Source of the DNA: Spirochaetota bacterium
Lineage (GTDB): Bacteria > Spirochaetota > UBA4802 > UBA5550
Reading direction: 5' to 3'
Length of the DNA: 64,000 nucleotides
Assembly (NCBI GenBank): GCA_041737965.1
Contig: JBGSQT010000005.1
Location: 30,272 to 94,271 of the forward strand
In this document: positions 36,803-43,923 of the stretch, piece by piece
Numbering within the stretch: the stretch's first letter is position 1
Layout: every line of letters begins with the position of its first letter
The notes under the pieces: model-generated
Database searches by the model: none
Told to the model about the DNA's origin: nothing
Seen by the model: the letters and a program-made list of their open reading frames with translations, nothing else
Position numbers and translations under genes: made by a program

Positions 36803-38227
36803 TCAATCGCCAAGTGCCATAAGATTGAATCCGTCGTCAATGACTGAAGACCACCATGGCCCGTTTGGCGCCTTCTTTAAAATGCCCATGGCTGCGTACC
36901 TTCCGTCGTCGGAGGAATACACCTGTTCCGACGCCAGGAGTATCGTCACGCCGGGGAATATTTTCGAAAGCGGAATTCGGGACGCCAGTTTCAACGACGG
37001 CCATGACCGCACTTCCACGGCGCGCTTGTTGAACACATACAGGTGTTTCGATCCCGATGAGAGCACCATCTTGTACATGGTTTTTTCAGCCTGTACTTTC
37101 ATGTCCTCGCTTTTTTTCTCCATGCTGTACCGGTGGATGTAGCCGGTCTGGTTGCTCCCCAGCAGAAAAACGCCGTTTTCGCGGTCAAAAAGCTGGCCGT
37201 AGGCGGTCAGCGGCGCGCCGGCGGAGAAGTGTTGGCCCGAGGCGGTGTCTACTATCCAGACCATTGCGCCGGGATCGGAAAGCGATCCCTTTGTCGCGGC
37301 CCCGTCGACCGCCTCGTCGTGCTCCCAGAAGGCGATGCGCGAGAAATCGGCGGAAGGGAGGCACTTCACCGAGTACACCGAAGAGGCGCTCTCCGTGAAC
37401 CTCACCGGGACCTTTATATCGGCCACCATGTCCGCTTTTCCCGAAGGGATGTCGAGACGGTACAGTACGATGTGTCCGGAGGTTTTACTGCTTTTATAAA
37501 AGAAGATCCTGTTGCTGTAGTAAAAAGAGGTGCCGGAAGGGTCGACGCCGATTGACTCTATTCCGTCCTGGTCGTCGCTGAAAAACCTGTCGCGCGGAAG
37601 CTCGTGCATCGCCGTTATGCGGTTATCAGAAAGGTCCATAACCGCGTAATACTGGGTTGACGCTTCCGCGGTGTACACTGATTCGTTAACGTATTTTCTG
37701 CAGGTGTCGCACAGATACCGGTGGTATTTCTCCACCAGCCTTGTCGGGACCCTGCACTCGGGGCAGGAGGGCGCGCCCGGAATCGTCTTATTAATCGATT
37801 CTTTCCAGAGGACGAACCCGGCCTTCCCCTTTTCCGGGCTGTAATGGACCAGATAGGAGTGGCGCCACTGGAAATACTGGTTTTTGATGACAAGTTCGCT
37901 TTTTTTATAGGCCCTTTCCCTGCCTGTCGGCAGTTCCGGCGCGGACGGTATGCCGGATAACGACTCGATCCCCGGCAGGGTGATGAATCTATCCTCGTAT
38001 ATGTCGTAAATGAAAGGCGAGGACTGGTATTTCTTCATTGACGTGAGAATGTATCGGTTCGGATGGATTTTCGTTTCTTTGAAATTATTGCAATCGTGAA
38101 GCGTCCTCACCACCGATACGGCGGCCCCCTTCGGCTGTGAAGGGCCGGATCCCTGGCCGTTGAGGACCGCTCCCGCGATGAATAGAATGGATAAAGCAGC
38201 CGGAATGTGAGGCCATTTCTTTGTCAT
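36803..38227 (-). CDS. secreted beta-propeller-like protein with embedded zinc-ribbon, function unknown
   Basis: Start taken at MTKKWPHIPAALSILFIAGAVLNG (AGGAG 7 nt upstream). Repeated beta-strand blades, and CPECRVPTRLVEKYHRYLCDTCRKY inserted near residue ~165. Confidence 0.75.
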   Translation of the reverse strand: MTKKWPHIPAALSILFIAGAVLNGQGSGPSQPKGAAVSVVRTLHDCNNFKETKIHPNRYILTSMKKYQSSPFIYDIYEDRFITLPGIESLSGIPSAPELPTGRERAYKKSELVIKNQYFQWRHSYLVHYSPEKGKAGFVLWKESINKTIPGAPSCPECRVPTRLVEKYHRYLCDTCRKYVNESVYTAEASTQYYAVMDLSDNRITAMHELPRDRFFSDDQDGIESIGVDPSGTSFYYSNRIFFYKSSKTSGHIVLYRLDIPSGKADMVADIKVPVRFTESASSVYSVKCLPSADFSRIAFWEHDEAVDGAATKGSLSDPGAMVWIVDTASGQHFSAGAPLTAYGQLFDRENGVFLLGSNQTGYIHRYSMEKKSEDMKVQAEKTMYKMVLSSGSKHLYVFNKRAVEVRSWPSLKLASRIPLSKIFPGVTILLASEQVYSSDDGRYAAMGILKKAPNGPWWSSVIDDGFNLMALGD

Positions 38228-38707
38228 TGTCAGTCTCCTGCCGTGTACATTCAAATTTTATCCTGTTTCCCGCAATGAGGGCGTCCTGCCAGCTCCCCGG
38301 TTTCCCCGCGGAATTGCATCCGATCACTCCGGCGTCCCGCAGGCCGGGTTTCATGCCGCACCGGCAGGCGAACCGCAACTGACGTGATTCACGCATCATC
38401 TTTTCAAAGAGATTTTTCAGGGTAAAAACCTGAATATTCTCTGTAGCACGCCCGTTTTATGAAAATGAATATTGCAAATTGTACAGTAAATGTAAAGACT
38501 GTTTTCCCTTCAACCCACAAAAATCATGGCGGGCCCCAAAAAAACAGTCCGGGATTGCCGATCCGGCGCAGCCATCAAGAAAAAATCTTGTTTTTCTGCG
38601 TTGAATAATTGAACATGCTTGTGAATTATATCGTATTGTAACCGTGTTACCGGGTTGAATCCGTATACACGGGGCCGATCATCGAAGACCGATCAGGACA
38701 TGAATGC

Positions 38708-39403
38708 ATGGCACCAAAGAAATATTACGCTGTTGCAAGGGGACGCACACCTGGCATTTATACGGAATGGCACGAGGCAAAGGCCCAGGTCGATGGTTTT
38801 GAAGGGGCCCGCTACAAGGGTTTTCCGACCAGAAGGGACGCCGAGGAATGGATGAAAAATCCGGGAGAGTACCGCGGTCCCGTGTCATCAGCGAAAAAGA
38901 GCAGCCGGGGGACGGCCGGCGCCGACAACCCGGAACCGGGAAGGGTCAGCATCTATACCGACGGCGGGTGCATCAACAATCCGGGCCCCGGCGGGTACGG
39001 GGTGGTGCAGATCTACGGCGAAACCAGGAAGGAGCTTTCCGGGGGATTCAGGCTCACCACAAACAACAGGATGGAGCTTATGGCGGCGATCGCGGCGCTC
39101 AGGGACCTGGAATACCGTGATGTGCCGGTGACCCTTTTCACCGATTCAAGCTATGTGGTCAACGGCGTGAACAAGGGGTGGGCAAAAAAGTGGAGAAAGA
39201 ACAACTGGATGAAACCCGACAAACAGCCGGCCCTGAATCATGATCTCTGGAGCGAGCTTCTCGATCTTGCCGAGCCGCTGGACATCGCCTTTGTGTGGGT
39301 AAAGGGGCACGCGGGAAATCCCCTGAACGAGCGGTGTGATTTTCTGGCGGTGTCAACGGCGAGAAAACCGAACCTGCCGCCTGACAGGGGATACCAGAGA
39401 TGA
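38708..39403 (+). CDS. rnhA: ribonuclease HI with N-terminal hybrid-binding (viroplasmin-like) domain
   Basis: N-terminus KKYYAVARGRTPGIYTEWHEAKAQVDGFEGARYKGFPTRRDAEEWM. RNase H core IYTDGGC...NNRMELMAAIAAL...TDSSYV...WVKGHAGNPLNERCD. Confidence 0.93.
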   Translation: MAPKKYYAVARGRTPGIYTEWHEAKAQVDGFEGARYKGFPTRRDAEEWMKNPGEYRGPVSSAKKSSRGTAGADNPEPGRVSIYTDGGCINNPGPGGYGVVQIYGETRKELSGGFRLTTNNRMELMAAIAALRDLEYRDVPVTLFTDSSYVVNGVNKGWAKKWRKNNWMKPDKQPALNHDLWSELLDLAEPLDIAFVWVKGHAGNPLNERCDFLAVSTARKPNLPPDRGYQR

Positions 39404-39557
39404 AACCGCGCCGGGACTTGCCTGGTACCATCGGGTAATTTCACGATTGATTCAGCGAATTCGCGGAAGCGGTGCTCATCAATCCGCCATTTCCCAGGCC
39501 CGGTTATATCCGCGCTGAATGACTAACGGTTTTGCAACCGGCCAATTTTTACAGTCT

Positions 39558-40235
39558 TTACCTGTTCCGTTCCCCCTGATTCGGGCCTTCCGTGCGCTGT
39601 TCCGGGATGTAAGAATCATCAATGCGGAACATGACGCCGATTTTCGCCTGCATGCCCGGCGCGTGCCCGGTCTCGTCTGCGTTGATGTTGAAATTCCCCG
39701 TGTACCCGATCCCCAGTTCCATAAAGAGGGTGGTTGCGGTCACGACATTCACGTTTATGCCAAGAGCGAGCATCGCGTCCATGCCGATGTAATCGAGCTC
39801 TACCCGCGTGGTGAGAAAGGGGAGCCCCGGGTATTCCGATGCGTTGTATCGGCCCCTGAGATAATGGATCCCGATCTGCGGTCCCAGCCACAGCCTTATG
39901 TTCTCGGTTCTGTAGAAGCCGAAACCCAGCGTATGGGTCATGCTGAACCGGTGTATCGGCTCAAGCCGCGTCGATCCCGATGCGCTGAATTCGTACCTTT
40001 CGTAGCCTGCGGTAAAGCGGTACCCCAGAAGCGTGTCCCTGGCTGCCGTGGTGTCGATTATCAGACCGCCGCCGTAATGGTAATCCGTGGAGTTTACGTC
40101 TGGACTGCTTCCGGAGTAGGTGTAGGTCATGGCCGACACGCCGCCGGTGCCGTAAATCCCGATGCCGACCGCATACGCTTTCTGAACACTCAGTGAGGCG
40201 AGGATCAATAAACAAAGGAATGGCGCCTTTTTCAT
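39558..40235 (-). CDS. small outer-membrane beta-barrel protein
   Basis: Signal peptide MKKAPFLCLLILASLSVQKAYA, Gly/Tyr-rich alternating strands, 225 aa. Confidence 0.75.
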   Translation of the reverse strand: MKKAPFLCLLILASLSVQKAYAVGIGIYGTGGVSAMTYTYSGSSPDVNSTDYHYGGGLIIDTTAARDTLLGYRFTAGYERYEFSASGSTRLEPIHRFSMTHTLGFGFYRTENIRLWLGPQIGIHYLRGRYNASEYPGLPFLTTRVELDYIGMDAMLALGINVNVVTATTLFMELGIGYTGNFNINADETGHAPGMQAKIGVMFRIDDSYIPEQRTEGPNQGERNR

Positions 40236-40276
40236 AAAGTTCTCCAGTTTATTTTTAAATTAAAATTTTTTGTGAG

Positions 40277-41365
40277 TTATATGCTGCCCGCCCTTACATA
40301 CCCTCTTTTCGCGGCCATAATATCATGAACCTCTTCGAGGTTTTCAGGAGGTTCGATCAATTCTGACTCCGGCTTTTTCACCAGATATGCCGCGTCTGCC
40401 GGGCATGTCGTAACGCAGAGGCCGCAGCCTATACACCGGCCAAGGTCGACAACAGCAATATTATCTTCATTCATCCGGATAGCGTTGATCTGGCACCGGT
40501 CAATACACAATTCACATCCTGAGCAAACATCTGAATTTATTTCTGCGAAATACGAGGTTCGTACATCTTTAGCCGGATTGGGCCGCATTTTGAGGGACAA
40601 TAATATTGTACAGCAGTCTCCGCAGCAGCTGCATAATGCGCCCGCATCTTTGCCATTAAAGGGCTGCAGGACCATGCCATATTCGTCACTTTTTGTGATG
40701 ATGCTGATAGCTTCGTCTTTTGAAATCTCCCTTGCGGAATTGTTTTCAATATAATATTCAGCCATTTTATCGAAGCCAATACATGCTTCGACAGGATTGT
40801 TGCATTTTTTCATTCCTATCGAGTTGAAAATGGTTCTGCAGCTGCAGAGTCCCACGGCTAATTTCTGATGGCTGTTAATAATATTTACAGCATCGTCATA
40901 AGTCGCGATAGGCCATTTACTGACCAGCTGACGGTTGATAGGAATAGTCCGCATATGCTGTTCCCCGGCAGCGGCTAAAGATTTCATTAAACCCTGCATT
41001 CCGTAAACGGCAATGTTGCGTGCGAAGTCACGGTCTTCAGCAAGTCTCTTTACATTGTATTCGAGAATCCCCACAACAAATGGTGATGTGGAAAAATATG
41101 CTTTCCCTTCTTTTCTTTCCCGCCATACGAGCCCTTTTCTGGCCATAGCCTCCAGTCTGTCAGAAATTCCATTCTCATCTCCGGTTAGCCGGTCTGCCAC
41201 TTCTCTTGCGGTTTCTTTTCTCGATGTCATATTCAGATACATGGCTGCTTCATCTTCCGAGTACATCATCTGCAGAATTTTTATTTCAATACCGTCCTTT
41301 GTTTTCGGGTAACCGCTGGCCATTGAATCAAAATAGTGCTGTAATTTTTGATAAATTTCACTCAT
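40277..41365 (-). CDS. 4Fe-4S dicluster domain protein with N-terminal winged-helix-like region
   Basis: CSGCELCIDRCQ...CIGCGLCVTTCP (2x CxxCxxCxxxCP) plus an additional CSCCGDCC cluster; 362 aa. First gene of the lower-GC stretch. Confidence 0.85.
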   Translation of the reverse strand: MSEIYQKLQHYFDSMASGYPKTKDGIEIKILQMMYSEDEAAMYLNMTSRKETAREVADRLTGDENGISDRLEAMARKGLVWRERKEGKAYFSTSPFVVGILEYNVKRLAEDRDFARNIAVYGMQGLMKSLAAAGEQHMRTIPINRQLVSKWPIATYDDAVNIINSHQKLAVGLCSCRTIFNSIGMKKCNNPVEACIGFDKMAEYYIENNSAREISKDEAISIITKSDEYGMVLQPFNGKDAGALCSCCGDCCTILLSLKMRPNPAKDVRTSYFAEINSDVCSGCELCIDRCQINAIRMNEDNIAVVDLGRCIGCGLCVTTCPADAAYLVKKPESELIEPPENLEEVHDIMAAKRGYVRAGSI

Positions 41366-41755
41366 TCTGACGCTCCTTTAATTGAAGGTTGATATGAAAA
41401 TCCCTTGTGAACTCTGGAAAAATATATCAGGAAATAGTAAATAATCCGGATACTTTCAAGAAGATATTTTTTTCATCGTCGTTCCGAAGAAATAAGCAAC
41501 AAATCGCATTGTGTCACCGGCGTACGCGACGCTGCCATGTAAACTGAAAATATGTGACCGGAATAAAGTTTTTTGTAAACAACAATTTACTGAAATATTT
41601 AGAGGCAATGCGGCGAAGCCCAAAAGGGGCAAAGCCGGGCGCTGCGCGTACGCTGAGTTGCATGGCGGAAAATAAAGAAAAACCAGCATATTATCCGGGA
41701 CTCGAACGGTTGGAGCCTGTATAAAGGAATACGGGTGCGGCGCTGCCATGAGGGG

Positions 41756-41821
41756 CTTTTTTCTGCTGAATGAACCTTGCAGCTGCATAGATAGAGCCGA
41801 TTGTGTACCTTTACCGCCGGC
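41756..41821 (+). repeat. copy A of a 66-nt intergenic direct repeat
   Basis: cttttttctgctgaatgaaccttgcagctgcatagatagagccgattgtgtacctttaccgccggc. 54/66 identical to copy B in an ungapped hand alignment. Confidence 0.7.
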
Positions 41822-42009
41822 TTTGTCGCGGCATCGTATCGCTATACCGGCAGGCCTGCATCCTTTAAGCTCGAGGTTTTTCATGGGACATCTAATATCC
41901 TTTTTCTCTTGTGTCGGCGGACTTTCCAATAACAATAAAATTTACTGTTGATTAAATTCTGTTTTCAGATCATTTAGGTTTAATAAAATTGTTACTCTTG
42001 GAGATTTTA

Positions 42010-42606
42010 ATGAACGACACTGATATTCTTGAAAAATTCTCCCCGGTTCTTTCTGCTGCATCCAGATTACTGCTTGAACCGCTCTTACGTTACAGCTTGC
42101 TGAGTGTTAGCGATGAAGGTATCTCCTGTAAACTGGAAGTTGGAGAAGATGACGAACCTGAAACACTTCTGCTGCTCAACCCGCAGACTGTAAATACCAT
42201 GACACCAGAGCCGCTGCGCAGTTTCTTTACAGTGTGCGGAGGAATGCAGATGGGTGAGGCTGGTGATACCGGACAGCTGATACTGCACGACGGTTATTCC
42301 GGAACTGTTGGAACAATCGGTCAGGATGCATGGAATAAAAGATTTCCGCTCGCCTATTCGAAAGAGCTCTGTGCGCCCGTTGATATAAATCTCGGCTCAT
42401 ATTATGTTTTCGATCCACAGAATAATCGGCTTTATTTCATTGATGAAGGGATACTGGAAGTTGTTCGTGACTGTACAGATCCTATTGAGATCTATCTGCG
42501 TGAAGTACATTATCGTCTTAAGGTTTATGAACCGGTCACAAGGCTGCAGCATGCAGTGCAGTCTATACCGGATCGATATGAATGGCTCGAGCCATATCCG
42601 GAATGA
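42010..42606 (+). CDS. hypothetical protein (possibly SMI1/KNR4-SUKH-like), flanked by the direct repeats
   Basis: Start taken at ATG 42010 (GGAG 6 nt upstream). 198 aa and acidic. LRSFFTVCGGMQMGE...YYVFDPQNNRLYFIDEG is vaguely SUKH-like, from memory only. Followed by a clean terminator. Confidence 0.65.
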   Translation: MNDTDILEKFSPVLSAASRLLLEPLLRYSLLSVSDEGISCKLEVGEDDEPETLLLLNPQTVNTMTPEPLRSFFTVCGGMQMGEAGDTGQLILHDGYSGTVGTIGQDAWNKRFPLAYSKELCAPVDINLGSYYVFDPQNNRLYFIDEGILEVVRDCTDPIEIYLREVHYRLKVYEPVTRLQHAVQSIPDRYEWLEPYPE

Positions 42607-42663
42607 TTGCTTTTTTATATGCTGAATGGACTAACTGAGAAGTACGCAACATGATCTCAGCTC

Positions 42664-42690
42664 AAAGACCCCTCTGCGGGGTCTTTTATA
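42664..42690 (+). terminator. rho-independent terminator
   Basis: AAAGACCCC-tctgc-GGGGTCTTT followed by T/A-rich sequence, 58 nt after the stop at 42606. Confidence 0.75.
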
Positions 42691-42708
42691 TTTGAAAGGA
42701 CAGCGGGA

Positions 42709-42774
42709 CTTTTTTCTGTTGAAAAAACCTTGCGGCGGTATAGATAAGGCCGATTGTGCCCCTTTACGGTCGGC
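42709..42774 (+). repeat. copy B of the 66-nt intergenic direct repeat
   Basis: cttttttctgttgaaaaaaccttgcggcggtatagataaggccgattgtgcccctttacggtcggc. Same orientation as copy A, 953 bp downstream of it. Confidence 0.7.
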
Positions 42775-43033
42775 GGCAGGGTTTTCGAAAAACGAATCCC
42801 AAGCCTCCTGTGATAAACAAACGCCTCGACGAGGATGATAGGCACTATGGCTGTTAAGTACAGAAACTCCACACCGGCAACAACCGGAAGTCCGGCGTCT
42901 TCGAAACAGATGCCGGGAACGAAAAGGAGCGGGAGCGGTCAGAGGAATGGACGGACTCGGGATTTTTTTCAATGCCGAATATCATGGGCGATTACGGTAA
43001 GTGAGGGCATGAATTTATACAATGTTATTTTTA

Positions 43034-43336
43034 TTACACCGTATCTTTTTTAAAGTGAAATAAAACACTTCCGATAATATCCTTCCTTTCTATTGCGCCG
43101 ATCAGTTCAGTCGATACACTCATCTGATTTGTACCTTTGAAATAAAATCTGTTCCCTGCTTGATCTATGGCTGAAACATTTTTTATTAAGACTCCAAACT
43201 TTGATGATTTAAAGACAAGAACAGAATTGATTTTTACCATGTTGAATAATAATGGAAACCTGCTCACTATAACATAGTCTCCATTATTATAATCAGGGGA
43301 CATGCTCTCCCCTTCAATTCTAAGTATTTTGAGCAT
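43034..43336 (-). CDS. sodX: nickel-type superoxide dismutase maturation protease (S24/S26 family)
   Basis: RIEGESMSPDYNNGDYVIV (catalytic Ser motif) in a 100-aa protein immediately downstream of sodN, with a 1-nt overlap (TAATG). Confidence 0.85.
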   Translation of the reverse strand: MLKILRIEGESMSPDYNNGDYVIVSRFPLLFNMVKINSVLVFKSSKFGVLIKNVSAIDQAGNRFYFKGTNQMSVSTELIGAIERKDIIGSVLFHFKKDTV

Positions 43337-43833
43337 TAAAGCTCAGGATATACCAATTCAAGATTCGGGGCATACGGGGCTTTCGCTTTTTTTGTTTTTT
43401 TACCCTTAATTTCCCAGAAAATCTCGGCGAATCTGTTCACTTTATCGAGCAGTTCAGCGGCTGTGGCTTTGTCTGACTTCTGCTTGTCTGCAGAGCCGAG
43501 CTGCATTATTTTGTGAAACAGCAATGGCAGTTCGGGATATTTCTCCAGGTGCTCGGCTTTGATAAAATCGCCGAATATCACCCGTATTTCATGTTTCACT
43601 TTTTCAGCATGTTCCTCTTTTGCGGTTACAAGCCTTACCAGTCTGTTGTAGAACTCTTTGTCCTGAGCTCCGCTTTGAGAGTGATGTTCCTCTACAAGAT
43701 CGACCATCCTCGCAACGGTGAGAGCCGCGATCTGAGCTGTAATGGGATCGTAGATGCCGCAGGGGATGTCGCAATGAGCTTTTGCGGTTTTGAAATGAAA
43801 AATTTTGTCCAGAAAATGTATTGTTTTAAACAT
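43336..43833 (-). CDS. sodN: nickel-containing superoxide dismutase precursor
   Basis: A 19-aa leader is followed by HCDIPCGIYDP, the Ni-hook motif (HCDLPCGVYDP in Streptomyces NiSOD); 165 aa. Confidence 0.92.
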   Translation of the reverse strand: MFKTIHFLDKIFHFKTAKAHCDIPCGIYDPITAQIAALTVARMVDLVEEHHSQSGAQDKEFYNRLVRLVTAKEEHAEKVKHEIRVIFGDFIKAEHLEKYPELPLLFHKIMQLGSADKQKSDKATAAELLDKVNRFAEIFWEIKGKKTKKAKAPYAPNLELVYPEL

Positions 43834-43923
43834 GATAATTCTCCTGAAAATAATTTAGATTCTACTTAAATATACACCAAATATTTCTTTTCGTTGAATT
43901 ATTATGCAAGATTCTGAATAAAT

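Noticed and set aside
41690-41725. tRNA-like T-arm (the minus strand reads CCGTTCGAGTCCCGG), a possible tRNA gene or integration-site remnant at the island
   Set aside because: The flanking bases do not pair into a 5-bp T-stem, and no acceptor, D or anticodon arms can be built. It is probably coincidental.
41456-41935. Minus-strand ORFs 41456-41935 and 42631-42972 share a peptide stretch (GTQSALSMQLQGSFSRKKP against GAQSALSIPPQGFFNRKKS), suggesting paralogous genes
   Set aside because: The similarity is confined to the 66-nt DNA repeat and is equally visible in another frame. Substitutions are not synonymous-biased, and neither ORF has an RBS or protein-like composition outside the repeat.
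41756-42860. The 66-nt repeats interpreted as integron attC sites flanking a gene cassette (a GTTAAGT R'-like heptamer occurs at about 42852)
   Set aside because: There is no intI-type integrase in the window and no convincing R''/L''-L'/R' inverted-repeat structure inside the repeats. The ORF-to-repeat distances (about 190 nt and about 100 nt, with a terminator in between) are atypical for cassettes. I keep it only as one hypothesis under the repeat finding.
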